A stretch of 52,546 bases of DNA, filler included, from Squatina squatina (lineage: Eukaryota): NCBI GenBank assembly GCA_031763465.1. It is 3 parts of 2 records of this genome, joined end to end, with 100 filler letters (N's around TTAATTAATTAA, not from the genome) between each part and the next. Parts side by side here need not be neighbours in the genome. Positions count along the whole stretch, not along the records: positions 13,295 to 33,703 come from JARFOE010000016.1; 2 more parts are not named here. One strand, given 5' to 3'. The position numbers and the translations under genes were made by a program. Positions 13,195-25,764 of this stretch are shown here, one piece after another. The notes under the pieces were generated by a model. That model worked only from the letters and a program-made list of their open reading frames with translations, had not been told where the DNA came from and ran no database searches. Every line of letters starts with the position of its first letter. Positions within the stretch are counted from its first letter, which is position 1.

Positions 13195-13294
13195 NNNNNN
13201 NNNNNNNNNNNNNNNNNNNNNNNNNNNNNNNNNNNNNNTTAATTAATTAANNNNNNNNNNNNNNNNNNNNNNNNNNNNNNNNNNNNNNNNNNNN
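13195..13294. other. Synthetic linker N44-TTAATTAATTAA-N44 (stop codons in all six frames)
   Basis: Exactly 44 N + 12-mer + 44 N = 100 nt; identical to 33704-33803. Confidence 0.95.
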
Positions 13295-13777
13295 TGCAGT
13301 TCCCTGTTCTCTCTCTCCTCCTTTCAATAAACTAATTAGAAAACAATCAATCTTGAATTATTAATCTGAAAATTCACTGTAAATTTCAGGGATGTGCACT
13401 CTAGCCATTTACCACCTCGTCCATAAATTTTATGGATGCCACATATTATCAGGAAAGCAAATTGCTCAACAAATCAGACTGGTGCTGGGTTGCTTGAGCT
13501 GTCAAATTTTACTAAAATCCAAAAGTTAATGTTGAGTCCTGATGTGTAGTTACTTATTTAGTTATTGTGAAATTTAGGACAGTACACAAGGAAACACAAA
13601 GGAATACACAGGAACTGTTTTTGGAAAAGACCAGTCTGAATTTCAGAGCTCTGTATCTCAAAAATACAGGATCAGAATTCAGAGCAGTTACCTCCTTCTT
13701 TTGATGTTGAGTCCATTTATCTCCAAATATTTATCTCCACTACCTGAACAATAATTTCCGTGCTCAAGTTCACTCAC

Positions 13778-13933
13778 CTCCATGGTTATTTTTTTCTTCT
13801 GGTCAGTTACATTCTCAGGTCCTGGAATTGATGGGACTGCTGTGGCTGGCAATGCAAAGCATTCCTTACATACACGGTTGTGTCGACTATTATCTGCAAG
13901 TGGCTTGAATTCAGAACATTTACCACAGATAAT
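13778..13933 (-). CDS. FGD3: FGD3-like exon, second half of the FYVE domain
   Basis: ttttcag|IICGKCSEFKPLADNSRHNRVCKECF...ITME|gtgagt; 156 nt, phase 0-0; closest to FGD3 VICGKCSEFKAENSRQSRVCRDCF. Confidence 0.88.
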
Positions 13934-14416
13934 CTGAAAAAAATGACAACATCCTTGCAACAGGTTACGGCCAAAAAAAAATCTTTTAATTTCCTCTCTT
14001 CATTTTTTGTGAGATTCACTCAACCGGTTACATTCTTTAAATGAGATAAGTGACCTGTTCACAAGCACATGCAATATTGCATGCAGTATCACTGTAACAA
14101 AATGATTTTTCTTCTGAAGTTACTATGTACAGAGTGAAGCAGGATGAGAGTCCCAACTACATACTTGACAGAAAGCCCAGTGAGCACCCAAAAGCAGACG
14201 ATAAGGTATGTGGGGTTTTCCGAAGAACAAAAGTCCCTGATGTTTTCAGTAAAATTTAATGAANNNNNNNNNNNNNNNNNNNNNNNNNNNNNNNNNNNNN
14301 NNNNNNNNNNNNNNNNNNNNNNNNNNNNNNNNNNNNNNNNNNNNNNNNNNNNNNNNNNNNNNNAGCTGCCTAAAATGTAGTCATGCATTATTTACTTAAA
14401 GATCAGTTCTAATTAC

Positions 14417-14521
14417 AGGGGAATCTGGAGGACATTCTTCATCCCTTGAAAAAGAACTATTAAAAGCCTTGTTGAATGTTTCACTGTTTTGCTTGTGCTT
14501 TTCAATTGTAGCATGGATAAC
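14417..14521 (-). CDS. FGD3: FGD3-like exon, end of PH1 and linker (not in ORF track)
   Basis: tttattag|VIHATIEKHKQNSETFNKAFNSSFSRDEECPPDSP|gtaatt; 105 nt; diagnostic match to FGD3 IIQATIEKHKQNSETFKAF. Confidence 0.9.
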
Positions 14522-15382
14522 CTAATAAAAATGACGATAGTTTCATAAGATAGCGAAAATTGCAGAATTGTCTGGAATGTCACCTCCAACAATCCTAATA
14601 CGTGGTTCTGCCTCTAACTTGGAAGAACTTGGGCTTTCAGATTGTAAAACTTTGGGTAGGAGCGTGACAACTGACAATGTTGCATGTGTAGATGGCTTAG
14701 AAAAAGCTCCAGCTGACCTGAAGGTGTTGATTGTGATTATTTTGTTATTTTTGATACAGATTTTTATGTGTAAGTGAGAGCAGCAACAGGGAGTGCTGCC
14801 ATGGAAACAGTAGCATGGGAAATGGGACCAGACAGGGTAAAAGATAATTGCCTCAGAAAATGCTGCGGTGTGATTTTTTTTCCCCCCCTAGTTGCCTTTG
14901 TTGGTTGTTCAGGAGCACCAGTTGCTTTGCAAAATCTTATCACATTGTAAGCGTCTCTGCACTATCTGATCCCAATTTCATTTCCTGGGAGCAATCTGGA
15001 GTCTATTACATGAATAAGCATGAGCCTCCCCTGCAGTTCTGCTTCAGATTGAACATGTCATTGGTGAGTTACTATTGTATGTTTTTACTGATCTCCTTTA
15101 TTCCTTGCTGTTATTTATGTTATTACTACACTACCAGCTGTGTTGATTGCACTTGCTTGTCCTTCATATTGAAAGTGTTAAATGAAGAGAAAATAGAGGG
15201 AAAAAAGTAATCATTTGGAAGAAACATAAAGATAACTAAANNNNNNNNNNNNNNNNNNNNNNNNNNNNNNNNNNNNNNNNNNNNNNNNNNNNNNNNNNNN
15301 NNNNNNNNNNNNNNNNNNNNNNNNNNNNNNNNNNNNNNNNACAGCATATGGATGTCTCTGAGGCACTCTTAGAAGAGCTCAC

Positions 15383-15484
15383 CTTTCTATTCATTGTTCC
15401 GCTTACTTTGCGCACAGCCAAGAGATTAATAAGAGCCATGAACTTACTCTTATCGTGAGAAGCAGGTGGTGCTTTCCAAACCAC
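15383..15484 (-). CDS. Candidate 102-nt in-frame cassette exon within the FGD3-like gene
   Basis: gtgtag|VVWKAPPASHDKSKFMALINLLAVRKVSGTMNRK|gtgagc; only phase 0 is open; no recognised homology. Confidence 0.25.
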
Positions 15485-16656
15485 CTACACGGGCGACACA
15501 ACTAATTTGTTTTCTGTTAAAGAGACACGTTTTAAAAAGACAAACAAACCTTACTTCTTTATCCTGACTTTTTGCATTTTAGTAAAATAATTATTGAACC
15601 AAAAGATGCCACAAACCTGCATGCCAGCAATGTCGATCCTCTCTCTCACACTGAATTTCTGCCCCATCAGTCGAAGCTTTGGTACGCAGTAAAGAACCAT
15701 ATTGTTGAACTAAAGGTAAAAGTATTTAATTTTAAATTTTATCCATCCAGTTTAATCCACTGCAATACATAGATTGCCGAAAATGCTCAAGTCTGCAGCT
15801 GGCGGCCGACAGATTACAATGTGTTATGTAGTTTTCGTTAAAACAATAATTGCTGCAAATTATATTGAATTATCACAGTACAAAACAAGGTTTAATTTCA
15901 ATTTTAGTAATAAGCACAGTTGGCAAGAGATCAATAATCAAAGTTTAATCACTGAAGCAGCCCAGATATCAAGTTTTGTCTTTGCAAAAGTCAATAACAG
16001 AACACGGGTCAAAAAAAACCCAACTTTTACTAACTCTGAACTACAAAATTATACAACATTGAAATGATTTTGCATATATTTGTTTGAAATGCCTTTAAGT
16101 ATTTTTCAAGTGACACACAGTGATTTCGTCACTTAGACAATTTGTCCCTCAGTGCATGTTCCTGNNNNNNNNNNNNNNNNNNNNNNNNNNNNNNNNNNNN
16201 NNNNNNNNNNNNNNNNNNNNNNNNNNNNNNNNNNNNNNNNNNNNNNNNNNNNNNNNNNNNNNNNTTTACAATTATAAATGCTTTCTCTTGCCATAAAATT
16301 TGCATTCGTATCAGTGCCTGGAAATATATTTGAAGCAGAAAGGAATCTACTAATCTTGTAAAATTCTATTTTTCTGGATAATTCAGTTCCATCTCTGGGA
16401 TGTGTAGTTTTGTTCTCGATCTAAACTTTACAGTTAACCTCAATTGATGGGAAATGAGCAGTTGGAAAAGCGCCAGGCCCAATTGCACATCAAACAGGTT
16501 TAAAATATCACATTCTTTCTATATGCACATACATACTGGGTACTAAAGTGCAAAACGCATCATCCTACGTGCCTGAATAATTCTAGGTTCAAAATGCAAA
16601 TATGCACTAATTATGGAAGCAAATGTGCATATTTCTACGTAATGTGGAAAACTCAC

Positions 16657-16813
16657 CTGAATGTTCTGAATGATTGACTTAAACTGAGATGATCGCTGCA
16701 TCCAGGAGTTCACCAGGTCCATTGCTCGGTCAAAATTCTTTACATATTCCCCATACATCTTTAAGAAAGGAGCCAGTTTTTGAAGAATATCACCTATTCG
16801 AGGGTTTTTGTCC
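16657..16813 (-). CDS. FGD3: FGD3-like exon, DH (RhoGEF) domain
   Basis: ttgcag|(W)[52 protein letters not shown]|gtgagt; 157 nt, phase 2-0; FGD1/3 signature. Confidence 0.92.
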
Positions 16814-17204
16814 CTGCAATTAACAGAGAAACCAAAATGATTACAGTTTGATTCAGTTTGTTGCAAAGATATTACATTTCAGATTGCAGAGTGTAAAATG
16901 AACCGAACCGTGCCTCCTACCTACTTGACCACAATTTTGTAGTTTTAGTTCTCAATAATTTGCTAAGTTTTTTTTTAGTAATTTCTTAAAAATTGGCACT
17001 TTCTGAACATGCACCATTAAGTGAGTGAACGGGCAGACAACTTGTGCACAAGCCTCTGTAACTGGACACAAGGAGGTATGCTGGAGAACCACTGATAGAC
17101 CTACACAGGATTACATAGGATATACGGCACAGAAACAGGTCATTCGGCCTAACCAGTCCATGCCAGTGTTTATGCTCCACTTTGTAGAATTCCACATTGA
17201 TGCA

Positions 17205-17410
17205 GATATGTGAGTTCAAATCCCGCTACAGCAGATGTGGAATTTAAATTCAGTTAATTAAATAATCTGGAATAAAAAAAGCTAGTGTCAGTAATGGTGA
17301 CCATGAAACTGTCAGACTGTCATAAAAACCCATCTGGTTCACTAATGTCCTTTCGGGAAGGGAATCTGCCATCCTTACCTGGTCTGGCCTTTTTGTGACT
17401 CCAGACCCAC
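17205..17410 (+). mobile_element. Second copy of the tRNA-headed element (5'-truncated, cut by gap)
   Basis: B box gaGTTCAAATCCc at 17212-17224; body (aaaacccatctggttcact...gtgactccagaccca) matches 11660-11840 reverse-complemented. Confidence 0.8.
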
Positions 17411-17784
17411 NNNNNNNNNNNNNNNNNNNNNNNNNNNNNNNNNNNNNNNNNNNNNNNNNNNNNNNNNNNNNNNNNNNNNNNNNNNNNNNNNNNNNNNNNN
17501 NNNNNNNNNNCTTAGGAAGGATGTATTGGCCTTGGAGGGAGTGTAGCGTAGATTTAGCAGAATTGGATTCCAAGAGTTAAGTAAGTATTTCACTGCGAGT
17601 GCTAAAACAACACAGCACTGGTGGTACTGAGCTACGGTCCCACCCTCCGTGATCTTACCTACTGCAATAAGTGATGGAAAAAAAAACAGGCTCTGACACA
17701 CATCATCCAAGATGGTTCAACAGCATTTTTAAAAACTCAGCACAATAGGACTTTTAAAACAAGTAGGCAGATAGAATGGCTTAC

Positions 17785-17974
17785 CTGACGCTTTCAAATT
17801 TCTCAATCAGCGAGGAGACACAAGACAACGCTGTTGTTTCTTTGCTCTCAGCCTTTGAACAGCAGCTCTTGGCTAGTTTAGGGTCAGCTGGCAAAGGCCT
17901 TGATGGAGCCGGAGGAATCAGCTGAAATGGTTCCTCTTGACACAAGGTTTGAAGATGGACAGGCTTAGGAGGTA
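17785..17974 (-). CDS. FGD3: FGD proline-rich-domain exon (equivalent to FGD1 exon 3; not in ORF track)
   Basis: tattag|(V)PPKPVHLQTLCQEEPFQLIPPAPSRPLPADPKLAKSCCSKAESKETTALSCVSSLIEKFESV(R)|gtaag; 190 nt, phase 1-2; matches FGD1 VPPKPSYLQ..PPPSRPLPADPRVAK..VSSLIEKFE. Confidence 0.85.
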
Positions 17975-18991
17975 CTAATATAAAAATACGGACAATTATT
18001 TAATGCCGAAGCTCCTCTTTCAACTTTTGTCTTCACAAATCACTTCTCGACAAGACCAGACCAGCAACAAGTTTCCATTTGTCACACCCCAGGTTTCTGC
18101 TTTATGTTGCAAGATTCCTAACATACTCTGAAAGCAACCTATAGATTTCTAACTCTATGTCTGGTGAAACATTCTTCTACTATACTCCATTTTTAACCTG
18201 TCACTTCAAGACATACCATCGCACGTCCAATATTTGAAAGTTAGACTTGTGCTTCCTTGTTGCTTGAACAGGAAGTACTGAAAATGAAAAAAAAAATGTG
18301 GTTTTGTAACTGTAAGTTATGGCACTGCAGTGCCCAAGGCAAGAAAGGCAATTAGTCAAAACAATTTGCTTTATTTAATTACTTATATTCACAGCAGTGG
18401 AAGAAAATATTGACAATTATTTTATTTTGCATTAATAAATTACTACAGTGGGATGTTTGTTAAAGCACTGTTCCTATTTCTGCTAGAAAACAACTATTGT
18501 ACTCCGCACATGTCTTTCTGTGGGCATGCTCAGCTCCTCCACAGCTTCCTTCCTCTTTCTGGTTCTGATGTATTTTCTCATCGAATTACTATACTGAATT
18601 CAAAGTTAAAAGTTATAATCAATACCTCCAGTAAGATACTTGTCAATCTGTAAAAATGACAAAAAAAAAAGCAAAATACCAGCTNNNNNNNNNNNNNNNN
18701 NNNNNNNNNNNNNNNNNNNNNNNNNNNNNNNNNNNNNNNNNNNNNNNNNNNNNNNNNNNNNNNNNNNNNNNNNNNNNNNNNNNNACTTTCAGAAATACTT
18801 CAAACTATTTGTTTAATCAGTCGGCTACTGCCTGCTTTATTATATGAAGTCTGAGCTCCAACTCCAAGTGCAATTAAAATCATTTTGTATCAAAATGCTG
18901 CAGACCTGCAAGCTGTCCAAATCCTGCTGCTATTTAAAGGATGTTTTTTAAAAAATGAATTGAGGCTGGATTATTGGATTTTGAAGCTTAC

Positions 18992-19006
18992 GTTTTTTCA
19001 CTTTAT
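18992..19006 (-). CDS. Candidate 15-nt microexon
   Basis: tgcttttcattttcgtctacag|ATAAAGTGAAAAAAC|gtaagc; frame-preserving, and open in phase 1 (DKVKK). Confidence 0.35.
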
Positions 19007-22000
19007 CTGTAGACGAAAATGAAAAGCAGTCCGCACTGATTGAAGATAATATGACTTATATGCCAGGGAGGTTTTTCAATTTTATCATTCAACATTAGTA
19101 CCTGTGCCTTATGTAAAAATGAAACCAATATAGGCAGACTATCCCAATTATCCAACAATAAATCTCCTACATATTTTAACATCTTCATAAGTACCAATGA
19201 GAGCAAAATGTACAAATTAACTCCCTTGCAGTCTTCCTTTGGAGGATCACGGCCACAATAAATACAATTTATCAATGCTGAATTAATTTTTAAAATCAGA
19301 TTTCAGCGCTTATTCTGTTGTCTGATATATCATCAGTTAGGAATTGCTTCAGGAGGTTTTTTTTCTCTGCCAATGGCAAATGCTGGTTCAGCAAATATTT
19401 CTGATCATTTTGATAGGTTGAAGACATTTTTATTATACAACAGCTGCTGTCCCCAAGTGAAAGTACATGTTGCCTACAAGCTGAGTAAGCTCATTTCACA
19501 TACGATAACTTGAGGTTGCCAAAGGTCAGTCATTATACCAGCAGTACATCAAATGTAAAGCAATGTGCCAAAGGCTATTGTAGCTAGCTCCCCTGTCGTT
19601 ATGGTAACTCCATGCTGGAGTAGTACCAGGACTGCTTCATCACAAAATTACCAAAATCTAGCAAGTCTTAATTGATTATGATTATTGTCTATTATAATGC
19701 AGCAGTTTTTGTGGGGACTCTCTTGATTTTTCCAAATTCAGACTTATCTTGCATTGCAGATACATGCTTTATGTATAATAAAATGTCTTACAGCAGATCA
19801 AAATCATCAAAAATATTTACTGAACCAGCATTTGCCTTTTGCAGAGGATAAAAAAAAACCCTCTGAAGCAATTCCTAACTGGCAGCATATCAGACAATAA
19901 GAATAAGAGACAAAATCTGCTTTATAAATTGAAAGCTCTGCATGCACTTATAGATCATTGCACACAGAGATATTGGAAGANNNNNNNNNNNNNNNNNNNN
20001 NNNNNNNNNNNNNNNNNNNNNNNNNNNNNNNNNNNNNNNNNNNNNNNNNNNNNNNNNNNNNNNNNNNNNNNNNNNNNNNNNNNNNNNNNNNNNNNNNNNN
20101 NNNNNNNNNNNNNNNNNNNNNNNNNNNNNNNNNNNNNNNNNNNNNNNNNNNNNNNNNNNNNNNNNNNNNNNNNNNNNNNNNNNNNNNNNNNNNNNNNNNN
20201 NNNNNNNNNNNNNNNNNNNNNNNNNNNNNNNNNNNNNNNNNNNNNNNNNNNNNNNNNNNNNNNNNNNNNNNNNNNNNNNNNNNNNNNNNNNNNNNNNNNN
20301 NNNNNNNNNNNNNNNNNNNNNNNNNNNNNNNNNNNNNNNNNNNNNNNNNNNNNNNNNNNNNNNNNNNNNNNNNNNNNNNNNNNNNNNNNNNNNNNNNNNN
20401 NNNNNNNNNNNNNNNNNNNNNNNNNNNNNNNNNNNNNNNNNNNNNNNNNNNNNNNNNNNNNNNNNNNNNNNNNNNNNNNNNNNNNNNNNNNNNNNNNNNN
20501 NNNNNNNNNNNNNNNNNNNNNNNNNNNNNNNNNNNNNNNNNNNNNNNNNNNNNNNNNNNNNNNNNNNNNNNNNNNNNNNAGCACCTACACAACACTTTTG
20601 AACAATATTACTGTCAATAAAGTTGACACTGCTCAATATGCAAGGATATCACTTTTGTTTAAATTTAACAGAAAAATGCAGTTCTGCTTATCTTGGCTCT
20701 AAGTTACAAGCTTTCCCACACTGCGCAAGGCATGATGATCTCAAAGGTTGTGAGTTGCATGGCTTAGAGCAAGAAAAAGTAGTTACTTTTTTTTTTAAAA
20801 AGGGGGAAAATTCTTAAGTGTTAATTCGAAGTTCAAAATGTGCTCTTATTTTTGGAAAAGTTTCCTCCAGCCAGGTTAATAAACAAAAGTTAAACAAAAA
20901 GGAAAAAAAATTATCCTTTAATGATTCAAATTTCCACCCAATCAAATGGGTTCATTTGCAAAATGAATTGCAAATAACAAGTATATTTATAAAATGTACT
21001 CATTTTGATCCTGATAAATAAGAACTGTAGTACTAGCCGTGAAAATGCTCTTCCTATTTAGTGCCCAAATAAATTTCAACAGTGATCAGGAATTTCAAAG
21101 AGATGCTGCAAATGCTGAACAAATTTGATCTTAATACCTTCGTTCACCTCCAAGATGTGCAGGAAATTAAAGTAACTGCCCATTCCCTGATCCACCTTAG
21201 ATTGCCATTCCTTTATGGTTTCTGGACAGACCTTTTAACTATTGCACCACAATATTTTAGCAATTAGGTGCTCCTAGAGTGCACCAAACACAATTTTGAG
21301 TTTGACCTTAGTAGATTCATATTGCTGCACAATTACAGAAGATTTGGCGTAAAGTTGATAAATATGAGGAGGGAAAAAAAGGAGTCAGTCTTGATTTCCC
21401 AGTGGGATAAACCTTATACAATCCTCAAGAGGAAAAACAGAAAATAAATTTGGGGTCAAGAGGAATAAACTGTAGAGATGATTTCTAGTTTATATCACTG
21501 AAATTTGGCTCATAATTCTCACTCGATTTGTAAACAAAAAACATAGGGCAAATTGTACAATCTGGAGTAAATCAGTTGCACGTTAGGAAACCAGATCAAT
21601 TTGACATGGGCATAAGCACATTTCCAGGATGCATTTAAAATCTGCTTTCATTAAAACATCAGCAATGTTTGTATTACCAGAAGTGTTTTTCTCACTTTTA
21701 TACACGTGCGATATGCTTTAGGTGCTCGACATCATTACACTTGTAAACTGGAATCACGAAAAAAATAACTCCATGAACAGTGGAAACCAGGTGAACTCAA
21801 TACATTCTATTTTAAAATTCTATCATTATCAGCAACAATTTGGGGATAAATTAGCATTTTAATTTTTTTTCCTGTAACAGTTGGGATTATTCAGCAAGGA
21901 TGATGTGTTGAGTAATAAAGAAAGAGTTGCATGTAACATTTTAAATGCACCCTGAATGGGTTGATTTTTTTTAATTAATTAATTAATCCTCAGATTAACA

Positions 22001-22952
22001 GTTTAAAATAGAAAATTTTATTCAAAAACCTAAGTTTTAGCACTGTGTAATATAGTGATCACAACTCATTGCAGAAAAATGTAATTTATTCAGCTAAGTT
22101 ATATTTAAGCAAAAATTGAGGCAGATTTTCATGTAGTCATCATACTAATTGCACAGCATCAGGGAATGCAAGCTCTCGTCTACTTTACATAAGCATTCAA
22201 ATGCCTTTCAGCGCCCAAGTAGCCAGGGGCAAAGAATTTTTTTCTGATTTTTTTGGGGGGAAAATGCCAAGATCATCCTATTTGTGCCAAAAAGCAGAGT
22301 GATTTCACACAAACATGATGCAAAATGCAGAAGAGATTTTCAAGCAGTCACGTGTCTGCTTGTTAGCAGGTGACCACAGCAAGTGTGCGTAAAATGGATA
22401 TATGTGCTGGGTGGACAATTTGAATTAGCAATCTGGCCAAGAAGTACAGATGCAGGCAAGTCAGCAACAGGTTCACTGAAATTATCTTCCTTACAGTTCT
22501 TTTCTTTTAATACATCATTGCACTCACTGGTCTTGCGATTGATTTTTCCACTTATTGCATGGAGCAGCATCAAGCTTGCCCAGATCAGATACAAAATATG
22601 TTGAAAACATTCACAAATTTCTTTCCAGGTATATATCAAATTCTCAATGTTTTTGATTTAATTTAAGACGACACAAGTGGCAGAGATATATTTGGTTCTG
22701 CATAAACATGCACATACATCAGGGTGCATACACTTACAGCTGGCAGACTTCATCCATTTGGCTCAGATACTGATAGGTTTTTGATCCAATCTTTTAGCCA
22801 GACTAACAGTAATTTGTTTACTCTTCCATGTCAGGTGAGTAAATTGGTTTCTAATAGCCCATTTATTAGATTATTAGTCCAAACCAACATTACAATCTGA
22901 TGCTCAAGTTCAATAAATCCCACATCTTTTTTTCCAATTTTTTTTTCCAATG

Positions 22953-23130
22953 CATAGAATCATAGAATGTTTACAACACAGAAGAAACTATTCAGCCCAG
23001 AGAGCTGGTGCCAGCTCTCTGCGAGAGCACCTCAGCCAGTTCCACACCTCCAACCTTTCCCCATCCCCGGCCAATTTTTTTTCTTTCAACTCCCTTTTGA
23101 AAGCAATGTTCGAGTCTCCACCACCCTTTC
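22953..23130 (-). mobile_element. CR1 LINE 3' end
   Basis: catagaatcatagaa tail; minus strand reads DSNIAFKREL. Confidence 0.75.
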
Positions 23131-23863
23131 NNNNNNNNNNNNNNNNNNNNNNNNNNNNNNNNNNNNNNNNNNNNNNNNNNNNNNNNNNNNNNNNNNNNNN
23201 NNNNNNNNNNNNNNNNNNNNNNNNNNNNNNGAAGGGGGAAAGTGATATGTTTGGTACTTGCATATTGTTAATTGAACACTAGATGGCCCCCTGATGGGAA
23301 AAAGTACATTGTAACAATTATACTGCTCTTGTATTTTGTTAATCTTTGACAGGAATGTTGTAGAAGGGCTGGAAATTTAAAAAGTTAATTACCACCAATT
23401 TAAGTGTTTATTTGGATGTAACATCTTACATTGAGTTTAAGATGTTCCCACCATTTCATTATCAGCATTGGGTTGAAGTAAATCATACGAGAGTGTTCTG
23501 TTTTTATTACAACAAAGCCTAAAGTGGACTACCTCTGCAATAGAAGCGATAATGATTTCTACTATCTCAGCAACTTGTATGAAAGTTTGTCTTAAGATTG
23601 TATAATCTGCTAAGGAGAATAGGAGCCCAAAGTTATCAATTTCTCTCCCACTTATTTACAATGTAAACTAATGCTGCTAAACTGAATACGGTTATTTACA
23701 TGAACTACCTTCAAAGATTTGAACCATGAAATTAATTTCTCTCATTTTCCCCTCATCGTACCATTTGCCATTCCTCTCCTGGTCAGAGCTTCACCCACTT
23801 GAATATCCAGCAGATATCTACAGTGTGTGTACCACTTCATTCTCATTTACAGTTTGGAACTTT

Positions 23864-24025
23864 GGGGATAACATTCATCTTGGGCGATAGCGAATTAGCA
23901 GCCTGTTTAACACTCCACCTAATTCACATTTCCACAATGGGAAAGAAGATCAGGTGGCATGTAAAGCAGGCGGCCGATTCGCTATTACCTGCGTTGCACT
24001 ACTGCCCAAGACAAATTTCACTCCC
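23864..24025. mobile_element. Palindromic MITE-like element
   Basis: Ends ggggataacattcatcttgggc / gcccaagacaaatttcactccc and internal atagcgaattagcagcctg / caggcggccgattcgctat are imperfect inverted repeats. Confidence 0.6.
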
Positions 24026-25764
24026 TGTGTTTCTGAAAGGCTGTTAATTCTCCGCGCTCAGGACTAACTTGCGAACAAAGTTAAGGCTTTGGAACCTTTA
24101 GGTGCCAACCAAATCCCCAAAAACTGCATAGAAAGTCTGCCAAAATCAGAAAGCACTTAAAAAATTATAAAACAGGCCACAAGTCCAAAATGTTAAAAGA
24201 AAGTCCAAAAATTATATCTCAGAGTACAGCAAGATGCGGAGGAATGCTTTATTCAAATAGCTGGTCAGGACAAGAGCCCAGAGTACTCCAATGAATGGAG
24301 CTTTATTGAAATATGAAGCTAAGAGTTTGACATATCAGCTGTGATAGAAAATTCTGAGACCTCAAGTATTTGACTATTCACATGTATTTCAAGACAAAAA
24401 TATAAAAAGCAAAATAGAGATAAACAACAGACCATCAAACTCAAGAGAGCGGTCTCACTTTCTAAATCAATAATATCTTAAGAGGTGCGAAAAAAATGAC
24501 ATGAAAGCGGGTTATTTTTCAACATTATCCCTAATGTACTATATAAGCACAGATGTGCCTCTAAGCACATCAGTGAGCATCACTCAAATCCTGCATTTTA
24601 AATTTGAGCAGTTACGCAAGCTGTCCTTTTTCATAATAGATGTAAAAATTTGTACAGTTATGTGCATTCCAGTCATCCACTCCAATTCCTCTAATCCACA
24701 AGTGGACAACTTGCTCCCAAATGCGTGTTTAGTTTATGCAATAAAATGCTGGGTATTTACATCAGCTTTAACAGCAAGCTCCTTCCATAGGACAGACAGG
24801 TAACAAAATTTATCATGACGTTTTCCAACACTATCAGAGGATTTTTAGAAATTGTACTGGAATTGCCAAGAGGCCAGCCCAGAGTCTTCCCGTGACCCAA
24901 TTCATGCTCCAGCAANNNNNNNNNNNNNNNNNNNNNNNNNNNNNNNNNNNNNNNNNNNNNNNNNNNNNNNNNNNNNNNNNNNNNNNNNNNNNNNNNNNNN
25001 NNNNNNNNNNNNNNNGGACCAGTTATTCTTCTCTAATTTTCAAAAAAAAAATTCTTCAAATATTTACCGAGAGTTACACTGATTCCAAATATTCAGAGCA
25101 AGACAAATAAAACACATCATAGTTTACCAATATAGGAAAATAATTGTGAATTTTGATAGCTAACAAATACAATGTAGTTTATCATAATATATACCACAGG
25201 AAAATCTATGTTGAAGAATATAATTTTACTAAATACAGGAAATCCATTTATATTTGAAAACACAGAATTCAGATTTTTTTTAAATATTAGTCGATACAGT
25301 CACATGCACAGAATACGTTATATTGATTGTGGTCTCAGGTGCTACAATTATATATTGTATTATGTGGAACTACAGTCAAGTGGTACACATGCTAAACACT
25401 GCAAGTTGGTAGAGGAGGTCTTCTGCACTGGGAAATTCACAGATCTTATCCAAATGATCCAGACTCCCCACACCACTTAAATCTATAAGCTAGAGCCTGA
25501 CAGAAGGCTACTATGTTCACCCCTGAGACACTGAGCTATCAAAAGGCAAGTCATTAGGGTGTGACATGCTTCATTCTTCAGCTGTTGTTCCAAAATAAGT
25601 AATTTTGCAGCTGACAAGGGAACAATAAGGATTTAGGGAACACATTTGTGGATTGTTGGTTTGTGCCAGAACACCCTACAATACAAATGCTTTCATAAAA
25701 TAGCAGTGTAACAGTTAATAATTAGATTTTTAAATAAAGTCACAAAGGTACATATATCTATTTA

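Noticed and set aside
14543-14717. Open minus-strand frame (SAGAFSKPSTHATL...) as an FGD3 alternative exon
   Set aside because: Weak acceptor, no homology, and it ends in a stop just before the next true exon; compatible with chance.
19839-20702. Long ORFs in the track spanning N runs
   Set aside because: Artefacts of translating gaps as X.
22340-22639. 99-aa minus-strand ORF
   Set aside because: No recognisable domain, non-ATG start and no good splice signals.
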